From the NCBI GenBank assembly GCA_964016885.1, contig OZ024740.1:131564001-131628000 (forward strand): a DNA stretch of 64,000 nucleotides, given 5' to 3'. This stretch comes from Eledone cirrhosa (taxonomy: Eukaryota). How positions within the stretch are numbered: position 1 is the first letter of the stretch; every line of letters begins with the position of its first letter. Positions 13,797 through 31,004 of the stretch are shown here, one piece after another. The notes below the pieces were generated by a model. It worked only from the letters and a program-made list of their open reading frames with translations, ran no database searches and was not told the origin of the DNA. Both the position numbers and the translations under genes were made by a program.

Positions 13797-14040
13797 TGAC
13801 TGCCATGAAGTCAAAGTGATCCCGATTGTCATAGGCGCACTAGGGACTATCTCAAAACGTTTCCAGGGATGGTTAAAGAAAATTGGCCCCTTCACGCTTA
13901 TTGGAACGCTTCAGAAACATGCTTGCTGGGAACAGCAAGAACCCTCCGATACGTCCTGAATATCTGAGGCCGCAGGTAGTGGCTTGATATTCATTTCAAC
14001 AAACTTTCCAGTTAACTCACATTAATGACTGAGACTCAAC

Positions 14041-14042
<2 letters not shown>
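13797..14042 (+). mobile_element. Very short 3' fragment of R4/Dong family A, inserted in the tail of family B
   Basis: Matches 8450-8697; (AAT)n on both sides. Confidence 0.9.
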
Positions 14043-14109
<67 letters not shown>

Positions 14110-14117
14110 TAAAACAA

Positions 14118-15657
14118 GTTGGGAAGGGGAGAGCTTACCATCAATCACCTCCTCTTCATGGACGATCTTAAGCTCTTCGGGAAAAGTGAGAAGGAGTTGG
14201 ATGTGCTTGTTGACACTGTCCGTATTTTCAGCAGTGATATATGTATGCAGTTTGGTATTGGTAAATGTGGAGTCATTGTGATGAAGAGGGGTAGGTTGAG
14301 CAGAAGTAACGGGATCCAGATACCAACAGGTGAGATGATAAAGGAAATTGACTCTGAGGAAAGATACAAGTATATGGGCGTTCTGGAGGCTGATGGCATA
14401 AAGAACAAAAAAATGAAGGAATTGTTAAGAACTGAATACATTCGGAGAGTAAGGAGCGTATTGAAGTCACATCTGAACAGCAGAAATGCCATAAGCGCAG
14501 TAAATTCCCGAGCTGTGTCTATTATTAGGTACAGTGCGAGAATTCTGAGATGGAATGCTGCTGAACAAAAAGAAATGGATAGGAAGACTAGGAAGCTATT
14601 GACTATCTACAACATGTTCCACAAGAGGAGTGATGTCGATAGACTCTACCTAAGGAGATCTGAGGGTGGAATAGGTCTTATCAGCATAGAGGACTGTGTT
14701 CGGATGGAGAAAAACAACCTATACAAATACGTGACCTATAGTAAGGAGCCAATGCTCAGAACTGTACTGAAGGAGGGGACAGTAGGCCAGGGGATGTCCA
14801 GGGAGGAAATAACATCAAGGAGGAAGAGCAGCCTTAAGGGAAAATCCCTTCATAGTACCTTCTTTGAGAAAACTGAATTTAGAGATCCACAGACATGGAA
14901 CTGGTTGAGAAGAGGAGACCTCAAAAAGGCTACAGAAGGAATGCTAATGGCTGCGCAGGAGCAGGCCCTCAAAACGAAGTGGTTGAAGCACCATATCTAC
15001 AAGGAGGAGGCTAGCCCACTGTGCAGGATCTGTGGAGAGAGAGAGGAGACTGTGGCTCACATTGTGTCCGAGTGTAAACACCTAGCCCAGACCCACTATA
15101 AGGGCTGGAGACACGATGTGATGGGCAGGGTGATCCACTGGCACCTGTGCAAAGTAAACAATTTACCACATTCTGAGAAATTGTATGAGCATAGGCCAGA
15201 GGCGGTGATGGAGAACAATCAAGTGAAGGTGCTGTGGGATTTCAGGATACAGACGGACAAAAAACTGGAACACAATAGACCTGACCTGGTGGTCGTGGAC
15301 AAAGAAAAAAGATCGTGTCTGATTGTGGATGTGGCCTGCCCGTTCGACACGAGAGTGCAAGAGAAGGAGAGGGAGAAAATTAACCGATACCAGGACCTAA
15401 AGTGGGAGGTGAAAAGGATTTGGAACTGCTATGAAGTCAAAGTGATCCCGATTGTCATAGGCGCACTGGGGACTATCTCCAAAGGTTTCCAGGGATGGTT
15501 AAAGAAAATCGGCCCCTTCACGCTTTTTGGAACGCTTCAAAAGGCATGCTTGCTTGGAACAGCAAGAACCCTCCGATACGTCCTGAATATCTGAGGCTGC
15601 AGGTAGTGGCTTGATATTCAATCCAACGGACTTTCCATCAATGACTGAGATTCAAGC
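14118..15657 (+). mobile_element. 5'-truncated R4/Dong family A copy with an uninterrupted 491-codon frame
   Basis: ORF 14119-15594 holds FMDD, the CCHC finger and PD..D endonuclease motifs; same 3' UTR as the other family A copies. Confidence 0.93.
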
Positions 15658-15925
15658 AATAACAACAATGATAATAATAATGGTTTCTTTATTAACCACA
15701 AGGGTTTACATAAAGTAGACATTAAAGACAGTACAGGACAATACAGGACGGTACAAATGGGGATTTCTCCGTTTAAAAAAAACAGACGATGAAATAAAAT
15801 AACAAAGAAAAATTCCCCAATAGGGGGGAGACTTCCGAGGGACATTTGTGGAGAAAGCCCATTAAAAGACCACAGTGGCCCTGACATCCAGGGCAAGTGC
15901 CCTCTTCCAGTTTTCCACCTTTAAT

Positions 15926-18900
15926 TTACAGACACATACTCAGAGAAGGCCCATTCATTCGGGCCATACTTGCTTCTCTCACCCATCTTTCAACAAAATG
16001 CTGGGAAGAGAGCACTTCCCTCTCTACCCTGATTTTCCTTTTCAGATGAAATTTGAAAAAGTTAATCAGGGCATCGCCGAAGAGGTAAGTGCTCGTCTTC
16101 AGCCCTTTCAAACGTGTCCACCATACTATCTCTTTCGCCATGGCCACCAGACAGATGAAAACTGCCTGCCCTTCCCGGCTAAAGGAAGAGGGCGGGGCAA
16201 TCCTCACGATGGACTCAGCTGATAGCTGGATCCGTCCTACACGTGACAGCAGGTGTTCGACATAAACCCACAAGTGAGCAATGCTCGGACACTGGACGAG
16301 TGCGTGCAGGACGGTTTCGTCGCCCTGTGCGCATCTCGGACATGCCCGGCTGACGGCACCTCCATGCCTGTAGAGTTTATCCCGAACTGGCAAATCACCC
16401 CGGTAGCACTGCCAGGCCAGGGATTTCTGGAAGTTGTCCATAGGCCCCGGCCCGAAAGTCCTTCCGAAGAGATTGGCTAGTTGATTTTCGTCGACGCCTA
16501 GCGTTTCTCCAAGTACGTCATCGCTCTTCCCCTCCACTAATCCCCTCTAGAACGCCAAGGTGGAGTTTCCACCGATCACATTGCCCGATTGATCGAGGGC
16601 TGTGAGCGCCTGAAGACATTCCAGGCTCCAAGCGCTCCCTCTCGGTCTTCGCTTGACCCAGGACAGCAGCTCCGTCAATGAGACGAGCTGGGGAAAAACG
16701 TGTCTAGCAAACGGCGACCACACCTGATCACCGTCTAGGAAGAGTTGGAGATGTTGTAGCCTGAGCGCGTGTCTGCGCATCATCAGCCACGGCATGCCCA
16801 GCCCTCCACGTAGCGGGTGTTGACAGCAGATGGACCGCCTGACCATCGGAGCGCGTCCCTCCGCAGTCAGGCGGGGCTTAGGACAAGGTACGACGGTCAG
16901 GCGGTAGTAGATGACGGACGCGATGTACGCGTTAGCCACCTCCGCTCGACCTTTCAGGGAGAGCTTCCTCTCGGCCCATTTCTGGGTGAGAGAAGCCACC
17001 CTGCTCGTCAACTCGTCCCAGTTTTTGTCCGTCTGGAGGTCTGGACCGAACCAGACCCCTAGCAATTTAACCGGTCCGTCCGTCCAGCGCCCGACGACGC
17101 TGTTGGACGGCATGGACCTGCATCTCCAGGTGCCGAGCTGCAGGCCCACTGACTTTTCCTGGTTGATCATTGCTCCTGTCACCGCTTCGTATTCTCTTAG
17201 TGTAGTGCCGATCGTCTCGATGTGTTTGGCGTTCGACACCACTACGGTGACATCGGCGGCATATGCTGACACGGATCTTCCGCATCCTAGTTCGCGTGGG
17301 ACCCCCCTCAACGTCTCCAGTTTGTGCAGTAATGGCTCGAGAGTCAATACGTACAATAGGGACGAGAGGGGACATCCTTGGCGGACCGAGCGCATGATGT
17401 TGAACGGTTCCGAAAGGTGACCGTTCACTCTCACTACAGAGCAGATGTCGCTGTGCATGGCAGCGATCCAGCCTCTGAAGACGAGCCCAAAGCCAGCCGC
17501 ACTCAGGACTGCCGCTAGGTAACGATGGTAGACCCTATCGAAGGCTTTCGACTGATCTAAATTCATCAAAGACCCACCCGTGCCAGGTCCCCTAGCTACC
17601 CTCTCTACGATGTATCGCATGAGGTGGAGGTTGTCGTGAATGGATCTGTCGGGAATGGTGCATGTCTGTGCCTCTCCCACCAGACCACCAACGACAAGCG
17701 CCAATCTCATTGCTAGCACCTTGGCCAAAATCTTGAACTCTGTGTTTAGCAGAGTTATGGGCCTAAAATTATCTGTGTTATCCCCCTTGTTCGGATCCTT
17801 TCTCCTCGGCTCACAGAGCTGGGAATTCTCCCGTTCTGTTGCCAGTTGCAGTAGACGTCCGCCAAGAGGCCTGCGAACAAGTTTGGCATTTGTACGTAAA
17901 GTTCATAGGGCAGACCATCTAAACCAGGCGATTTACCCCTTGTGCAGCCAGTCATTGCATCCCGTACTTCAGCGGTTGTTATCGGCTTTTCGCAACACTC
18001 CGCCTCAGTGGCCGAAAGCCGCGGCAGTCCGTCGAGGTAGACACTAAAGTCCATCCCTCGATCCGGCCCGCCACTGCCCCCGAACAGTTGAGCGAAGTGT
18101 CGCTGAAAAGCTTCACACATCTGCCCGGGATCGAGTAGCATGCGCCCGTCGTGGTCCACCAAAGACCGGATTGTGGCTTTGTTGCCACGACGCGCCTCCG
18201 CCACTCGGGCCAATTGAACGGCTTTTGTCCCCTCGTGTCTGAGAGCACGCACCCTAGCTCTGACAACGCAGCCTTCGTGCTTTGCATTGAAGAATTGGTC
18301 AAGGGCCAATTTCGCCGCAAGTACGTCGGTCGCGATGCCTTTGCTAAGCGCCTCATCTAATTTTCTAACTAATTCTCCCTCTGCTCTATTTTTTCTCTAT
18401 TGCTAAAGTCTTACTAAACCTAATGGACTCTATTCTAATTGCTCTTTTCAGAGCAAACCACCACTTGTCGTTGACGATGGCCCCCGTCAACGCCCGCTTA
18501 ACTAGTTCGCTAATCCGGTTTCTGTAGGCCTTGCGTGCTGGTAAGGACGCGTTTAGCTTCCAGTAGCCGGGTCCTCGTCTATGAAGCCTATCTAAGTCAA
18601 GCACACAGATTACGAATTTGTGGTCCGTGTAGCTGACTATCTTGAATTGTGGACAGCCTATGCTAGACCTATCTATTTCCCTACAAAATACTCTATCTAG
18701 ATATGATCTGGATGACCCTATGCGATTTGTCCAAATCCACATTGGTACATTCGGGAAATCCACTCGGTACCTGTCAGACAGTTCAAAATTCTGAGCAGCT
18801 TCGTGAGACTATTGCACCCTCCTTCCCTATCCACTAATCCCACACAATCCCAGCGTGCATCTAAGATCCCGTTCCAGTCGCCCACTAACACTAAAGAGCG

Positions 18901-19298
18901 GGACGTTCCAAGAAAGGTCTCCAGACGCCGGAAGAAATGGGGCCGCCCTGCTCCTGTCGGGCATAGACGGCCACTAACCTGAAAGCTCGGCCGTCTCCGC
19001 TGGCCACGTCCAGCACCATCAACTTACCTTCTGGGTCCAGGAAGATGGCCCGTATGGCAAGATCCAAACCTCTCCGAAAAAGCACAGCAACTCCTCCCCC
19101 CGATCCCGGACGGCTGGGAGATGCGTACACATCATAGCCGCCGAAGATCGGTGCGAAAGCCTGTGCTTCGGAGGTTCTGGTCTCGCTGATGGCCACTACA
19201 TCTATGTTTAGTGACCTGAAGTCGTTGAGCAGGTGGCCCTGCTTCCATGACGACCCCAAGCCACGCGCATTTATGCTGCCTATTCTGAGTGAGGTCAT
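15926..19298 (-). pseudogene. Tx1 copy 2 ORF2 (APE + RT), frameshifted
   Basis: Same motifs as copy 1, plus YTDH (APE) and CPRC..H...C. Small deletions near 16860 and 17803 relative to copy 1. Confidence 0.92.
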
Positions 19299-19332
19299 GT
19301 TGAAAAGGAGTGGAAAAGATGGGAAAGACCAC

Positions 19333-21321
19333 TTACCTTACTTCTCGTAGGGGAAGGACGGTTTTTCCATCCTTTTCACTGCTTGTGGCCTCCTCAGGAA
19401 GGATGTCCTTATAAATCCTCCTGGAGAGTGCTTGTCGGAAGTCTCCGATGTCTTTGGGGAATTTTTTTTTTAGTGTCATGTACGTTTTCTGTGTGATGCG
19501 AGTGATTTGTATGTGTGGAGGTGGTGTGAATTTTGGGGTTGTTGTGTAGTCTTTTTCTGTGATGCTGGTGTTGTGTTGGATGTAGTGTAATAATTGCTTG
19601 TTGTTCAAATTTAATGCTGTGTAGTGTGTATCGTTTTGGTTGTTTTGTTTTGTTTGCGTTTGTTGTGGGTTTGTTTCTGTTTCGCATTTTGGTGACTTTT
19701 GTGGTGTAGGTGATGGTGGTGTTGGGGTTAATGATGGTGATGGTGTTGGTGTTTGGGTTGATGGGGTTGGTGATGCTGGTGTGGATGGTGGCATATCTGT
19801 CCTAACTTGTTTGTTTCTTAATTTATTTGTTTCCCTCTATATTTTGTTATTGGAGGGGAAGGAAGAGAATTTTTTCTTTTTTGGCTTCTTTTTTTTTCCG
19901 GATATCGTTTCCCACTCCTCGTCGTCACAATCTGTCTCCAGTTGTGATAGGCCGGGGAGTGGAAAATCCTCCACAGCCGTTAGTTTTGGTTGTGGCGTGG
20001 TGGATGGTGTAGGCGCTGGTGCTAGTTGTGAAGCGTTGGGTGGTGGTGGTGTTGGTTTTGCTGGTGGTGGTGGTGGTGGTGGTTTTGCTACGGTTGCTGG
20101 GGTTGTTGCTGTTATAGTTGCTTCTGTTGTTGCTGCTACAGTTGTTGCTGCCATCTCTGCTGCTGGTGGTGTTTATGGTTGTGTCACTGGGGTGGGTAGG
20201 AGAGGTGGCCTCAACCTTTTAGCCTGAGGGCAGAAAGCCCTTAGGTGGGTTCCTTCACCACAAACGACACACCTAAGTCTTCTGCTCTCGACAATTACGG
20301 TGATGTGGCTGCCGTCAGTGAGGTCTATTACCTCTGGGATCTCCTCAATGCTTTTTTGGTCCGCTTGGATCAGGAGCTCCATCCCAGATCCGGACCAGTT
20401 CTCCTGCTTTTCTTTTGCTATTGTTATTATTTTCGTGTTGGCTTCGATGCCGGCGAGGACAGCCGCTATTAGCCAGGGAATTTCGATGGCCGGTGGAACG
20501 TGGGTCACCCTGATCTTTACGAGTCTCTGGCCACAATAGCTTGGGACGAGTGTGAAGTCGTCACTTCTTAATGGGGCCATGGAGTGTTCTCTAGCCTCCT
20601 CTGGTGTTTCAAAGAACACGTCCACGGTTCCATACTTTTGCCCACGTCTGATGTTGGTTTTTCTTGCCCACACATGTCCCAAAGCTTTTTGGATTTGGGA
20701 CTCGGATGTCCGTTCCACTCGGCGCGATTTTACATTTATTGTTCTATACGACACGGTGCATAGGCGCCGATGCTCCATTTTATTAGGTGGGGGGGGGGTG
20801 AGGCTGACCCTGTACCCATCTTTCTTTACCATTTGTTTGGCATTTTCTAAATCCTCCTGAGTTACCGTAAATGCTTCGAGCTGTTTTGCTACTCTGGCGA
20901 AACTTAGGGGGGGGGGGGTTATAATGTCATTGTTGTTGTTGTTGCTATCGTTAATATTAATGTTTGTTTCAGTTGTGGTGGTGGTGACGTCAGTCGTCTT
21001 TGATGGGGAAGAGTCCATTTTGCTTGATTTTATTTCGACATCACGAATTAATTTATTTTTTTCTTCTTTTGTTTCTGTTGTCGCGGTGGTGGTGGTGGTG
21101 GTGGTTGTGGCGATGGTGGTGGTGGTCGAGGCTTTAACACCTGCAGTCATTGGTAATGGCGGGAAATGAATGTCTGCCTGAGACAAATTTAAAATATTGC
21201 TAGTGCTTATATTTTTTTTTGTGTTGGCAAACGTAGTAACATTTACAATGGTGGTGTCGGTGTGAGGTGTTAATTTGTGAGGAAGGCTTTCAGCTGCTTC
21301 GTGCAGAGGAGAATTAGCCAT
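19333..21321 (-). pseudogene. Tx1 copy 2 ORF1, frameshifted
   Basis: ORFs 20173-21321, 19837-20154 and 19333-19794; CCHC knuckle; Pro/Thr-rich linker. Confidence 0.82.
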
Positions 21322-21530
21322 TTTTTTTCAAAGAAATTTTTTTGATAATAATAAAAGTTTAAATTTTGGGCACAAGGCCCCAATCTTTCTGGGTGTCCTT
21401 TTCGGAAAACAATGTATGTGCGCTTATAAACAGTTAACAATAACATTTTCCATAAATGACAATTTTTAACAAACGGAAATAACAAACCTTTGCGGATCTC
21501 ACGATGATACGATTTACTACGTAGGTCGCC

Positions 21531-21565
<35 letters not shown>

Positions 21566-21568
21566 GAA

Positions 21569-21599
<31 letters not shown>

Positions 21600-21625
21600 A
21601 AGAAGAAGAAGAAGAAGAAGAAGAA
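21531..21625. repeat. (AAT)n-(AAG)n microsatellite, right edge of the cluster
   Basis: Directly visible. Confidence 0.98.
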
Positions 21626-24130
21626 ATTGGTTAAGAGATTAACGAGGAAGTTCTACAAGGCGAATGATTTTAAATTGTGATTAAATTTATGGATGAAATG
21701 AGAGATGCCTATCTAGAGTATGAGATAATATAATTTCTTTTAATATAGTTTCTTTCAATATGGACACCAACATGAGATAATGTTTCTTGCTAGACTAATT
21801 TTTCTTTGCACTATATTGAAATAAAAGAAAGTATAACCAACCGATGTTTATACATTCTAGAAACATACATACAGGGCACGTATATTGCAGAAAGTCACTG
21901 ACAACGTTAATATTAAAATGTGTTAAAATAAACTTGCATCGACTAAACTAACAAAAAAAAAAACAAAAAAAAACCGGCGATAAAATATCTAACTTTTAAA
22001 ATGTCTTCCAGTATTATAAACTAGAATTGTTTTTTTTTTATTATAGGACCCTGGATTTGGCAGAATCTGTAAATCGTAGGAGAAAATGACTTTTGGTATA
22101 TTAGTTACGATCTTTAAGTTCACGGTTTAGATCACATCTGAATTAATCTGCTTTTTAAACTTAACAGATTCATGAATTATGTATTAGTCAAGTATCGAAA
22201 GGTAGTTAATGGACTCTCCAAAATTGTGTACGTCGAGCTTGACATGTAAATATTTTATATAAGTGTTAAGGTAACCAAGTTATCGTGGCTATAGGGAAAA
22301 TATGACAAAGAATTGACAAAAATGCTGGGGAGAAATAGAAATAGCGAAGGGGATGTTTCCTGAACATGAAAACGAAATGATTTAATAGTTATATATTACA
22401 TATTTTCTTTTAAAATAAAGACTGACGGGAGATTTTCACGATTCCGGTATTTGGTTTTGAGAAAAGCGGAAGCAAATGCGCATATTTATTTTTGGGAAGA
22501 TATCATAAACTTGATGATGATGGGCAACGACAAATGGAAGGCAAACGATTTCTCCTAATTTAGGAATGCTTAACAGTTTAATAGGTAAATATGTTCCTCA
22601 TGATACTTTGTGCCATCTGCATTCTGTAAAATATTTTAAAATATGGCCATCATTATTAACAAAGAAATATTTGTGACAACGAGGTAATTTAATTAATGAC
22701 GCTCGACATTCTAGATACAGCAATCACATATTATTTCTCGATATAGTCTACCGTTTTTAAAAGGTAGGAATAATTATGGTTTTATAGTATTTAAATATAT
22801 TCGGTCAACATTTACAAAATGTTTGTTACTGTCTTTTTTTTTCTAATTTTACAATTCGATTTATCTACACGCACCCCATTAGAACTATTTCTGGTTACAC
22901 TGTTCACAACTTTGTTGAAGTAAGATACATATTTGCAAAAGAAAAACAACAATGAATTAGAATTTATTCAATACAATGACATGATATAGTAGCTTGGTAT
23001 TAGGAAATTTAAAATTCCTACCCACAATCCAATATCTATCGAGGCAAGCTGCTCAAACAAGTTACACTCCGTCAATCGGAAATTTCAGCATTTGCTAAAT
23101 GTTATTTTAAAACATTGCATAGTGTCCCTGGTGCATGAAAGTTAACTCCAGCGGAGAGATTACTTGGCAGTAATTAAGAGTATCGGTACGGATTTTTTTT
23201 TATTACATTGGACACATAATTCATTACAAGAAAATTATGATGAATATCCGCAGATACACGTCACGTAATAAATGCTAACAGCAACATAGTATGGATGATA
23301 TATTTATGGCTAATTGCATAAGGACCTTCTAAATAGATTCCCAGAATACATTAAATCATACTAATGTTATAAATGGGCATATATCACCAGTTTCAACATC
23401 TACTGTAGTGGCATCGAGTTAGCATGTGCTACACATATTAAGATTTCAGTATGTATAACATCGTCGAATTCTTCAACTAAAATCTGCCGCTATAGTTAGA
23501 TTCCCATAATGCCAACATTATGAATTATGCAGATATTTAAGTAGTATGATGCGATGAAATCGGAGTGGCAGAATCACGAATAGTATCCAGAACACAAACT
23601 TATAATGAATAAACCTATATGTATGTATTGTATGCTCAACTAGTTTTATTATGTTTAGAATTTCCCGTCGCAATGAAGAGTGTGAGCGGGTTACTACCAC
23701 ATAAAAAGGACACTTTCATTGGCAGTTAGATAAATTTAACTACTCACTTATGTATGCATTTGTGTATGTTTCTTTGTGTGTGTATAAGTGTAAGTCATTG
23801 AATATGTGGATTTATATCTTTCATTTATATGTGCATATGTATAAATGTTTCCATATCTATATGAGAGTAATTGCTAAGTTGTTGGTTTGTTTTCATATTC
23901 TTTTAGTTTCAATAATGGCCAGTACTTGCGATCTCTTATTAGATGTGCTTGTTTCTCATTCATTGAAATCCTTTTCTTCATGATCTTTTTCTGAGACAGT
24001 AATATATCTAAACGGCCTAATGATTATAGGTATAAATTGAAAAGTCAGGCTAGTTTATTTGCAGCTTCCTCATTATTTGGTCATAAATATTCTCCTCTTT
24101 CCTAATTCTTAATACTCTATAACATCTGCT

Positions 24131-24935
<805 letters not shown>

Positions 24936-25656
24936 ATATTAGAAAGTAAGGTTTTTTTACAAAATGAAAAAAATACGAGGTGTCCTACACAAGTAAAAGG
25001 GTAAGGAAAGAAGATGAAATTGACAATTCAACTGGAGTCTTCTTTTATAAAAACTTATATTATTTATTTGGTTCCTTTACCGGTTTTGTAGGTCTTCTGC
25101 TTTTCAAAAGTAGAATTGAGATGTAGGTTTTGTGGTTTTTCTCATATATATATATATATATATTAACAGGAGATATCTATCATAAGAGAGGAGGAGAGAG
25201 AAAGAAGTGTGACATTGTTCTCGGCAGGTTATAGTTAATAAACATCGCTAAGAAATGTTCACCATAAATACCACATTGTTACCTCTCTTAAATATTACGC
25301 ACTTTTATAACCGCCATTGTTATAAGTTAGGCTCATATGTTCTCACCCACATCATGATGTATATTGCCTCTATTTTAATTGGACTTTTATTTAGGATTAA
25401 TCTCTGCTTTAAATGAACTTTTCTCCAGATTGGCTGGTTAGATTAAACTTGATTGGCATCAGTATTAACAATTATATTTTCTTTGAGGATTCTATACCAA
25501 TAACATTAACAGCAAAGTTTACAGGTGCGTACACACTGTCACTCGTTCTGATATAGTTGAAACAATGTAAGAAGTAAAATTTGGTTTTAAACGTATTTAA
25601 CTTCCTCAATTTATTTATTTTGCTCTAATTATATATACAAGTAATTATATATACAA

Positions 25657-25892
25657 GTAGTAACACAACAGTTAGTTCACCATACCGAGAACAATTGTTT
25701 CACCTTATGTGGATCATCAGCTCGGACTGGTCATGGTTATACAGAACAGAAAGAACAACCGATCCGGATGTTCTTCCTGTTACCGAACAACAGTTACGGT
25801 TGTTCCGTATAACCATGAGCAGTCCGAGATGATGATCTGCATAAGGTGAACCAATTGTTCTCGGTAGGGTGAACTAACTGTTGTGTTACTAC
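25657..25892. repeat. Inverted repeat with ~92-nt arms, each containing a hammerhead-like motif
   Basis: 25657-25748 is the reverse complement of 25801-25892 with few mismatches. Confidence 0.93.
25685..25725 (-). ncRNA. Minimal type I hammerhead ribozyme motif with weak stem II
   Basis: ccgag CTGATGA tccacataaggt GAAA caattg TT ctcgg; stem I ccgag/ctcgg; palindromic stem III. Confidence 0.65.
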
Positions 25893-26254
25893 ATCTATCA
25901 AACCCGTCCCATGGACTGAGTGCTCTACCACTACGGATATTACGTTCCAGTGTTCTACCTCTCTCTCTCTCCCTATATATATATACATATTACGTATGCC
26001 TTGTATACATCTGACCAAAACACAAACGTTTCTTCTATCCTTATATAAGCAACAAATCCTTCAGTGTAAAAACGTGAGGGAGTCGCTGCAACATACTTAT
26101 ATACATAAACCCATAGAATTAAGCAGCCAGACATACATCTACTTGTTCAGAGCCCACATTTTTTTCAAATTTCAGTGAACATTAATGTTCAAATTACGAT
26201 GAAGATTATTCTTCTGACATCAGATAAAATACTGTATCACGTTCATTATATATA

Positions 26255-26328
26255 TACGGGGTCGATAAAATAAAGTACCAGTAATGTACCAGTAATTGCT
26301 GACCTTGTGCCTGAAGTAGAAACAATTA
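26255..26328 (+). mobile_element. SINE 3' fragment
   Basis: ACGGGGTCGATAAAATAAAGTACCAG...CCTTGTGCCTGAAGTAGAAACAATTAT. Confidence 0.75.
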
Positions 26329-26554
26329 TATATATATATTTTTTTTTTACTTTTATATACTCTCGTTTGCCATTGTCTTTTTACTTTCTTTTACCGACTA
26401 AAGCCTTTTTTTCATCTTGATTAACACAAAATTGTGTTACTATTAACTAGTTGAATATACATCAACCCCTGTATCTCCATGTTTTAAGAATTCAAACAAT
26501 ACAAACAATTGTAAGACACAATAAATTGACTTCCAATGCATCACTGATTTTTCG

Positions 26555-26717
<163 letters not shown>

Positions 26718-26974
26718 AAAGGGAAACAGAAATAACATCACAATCAGTACAGTATATGGAAGGGATATATTAAGTCAACGTTTGATATAGCATGAAGAGC
26801 GTCTTTACGTTTCGGACGTTAGTCCTTCATCATGAAAAAAGAATGTGAAATAAGATAGATTGAGGGGACGGGCGGGTATATATATATAATCACTGCATTC
26901 TTGCATAGGAATACATCTGTATATATAAGTTGGTAGATATACTCATTCTTTATATATATATATATATATATATA

Positions 26975-27651
26975 TGAAAGACGTAAAATAAGAAAATTAA
27001 AAAAAAATTAAAAATTAACTTACTTACTAAAATTTTCACTCCAACTAATTAGTTTCTGTAATGGGATAAAGATAGTTACGTAATATAACCATCGAGAATT
27101 CATTACGTCATCAGGGAGTCTATTCTCACCTAAGTCTCCAGGCAATGCGCGGACACTAGGGACTCATATAAAAATAATAATAATTCGGTGGATGGAACAG
27201 CTAGCGGGGACTGGATTCCATGCACTGAAAAAGTTCGCTGGCTCTGGTCAAATGGCAGATTCTAAAGAATCAATCACGTGACACTGAGGCTAGTCGGAAG
27301 GAGTGGGTTGGTAAGATGACAAAAGCTTACTACCACACCTATTATTATTTTTATATGAGTCCCTAGTGTCCGCGCATTGCCTGGAGACTTAGCTGAGAAT
27401 AGACCCCCAGATGACGTAATGAATTCTCGATGGTTATATTACGCAACTATCTTTATCCCATTACAGAAACTAATTAGATGGAGTCAAAATGTTAGTAAGT
27501 TAATTTTTAATTTTTTTAAAATTATCTTATTTTATGTCTTTCATATAATTGTTCTGCATACTCCTGCATTGAACCACCTAGGTACTATGACATAACTTAT
27601 GTATTAGCTAGCATTAGTGTACATCTGTACGCATATGTTGGTAGATATACT

Positions 27652-27657
<6 letters not shown>
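26975..27657. mobile_element. Divergent member of the ~525-nt hammerhead repeat family in fold-back arrangement (minus arm 26975-27335, plus arm 27341-27657)
   Basis: 26975-27183 is the reverse complement of 27341-27547; both arms align to the monomers at 31-37 kb. Confidence 0.85.
27038..27119 (-). ncRNA. Type I hammerhead ribozyme motif with intact core and extended stem II
   Basis: actcc CTGATGA c gtaatg...cattac a GAAA ctaattag TT ggagt. Confidence 0.8.

Positions 27658-31000
<3,343 letters not shown>

Positions 31001-31004
<4 letters not shown>

Larger units (their letters stand above)
15681..21530 (-). mobile_element. Full-length, decayed Tx1/L1-clade element, copy 2
   Basis: ORF2 and 3' UTR are highly similar to copy 1; ORF1 has a CVVCGEGTHLRAFC knuckle; (AAT)n flanks. 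Confidence 0.93.

Noticed and set aside
22150-23520. Possible hAT transposase remnant
   Set aside because: No readable motif, TIR or TSD that I can defend.
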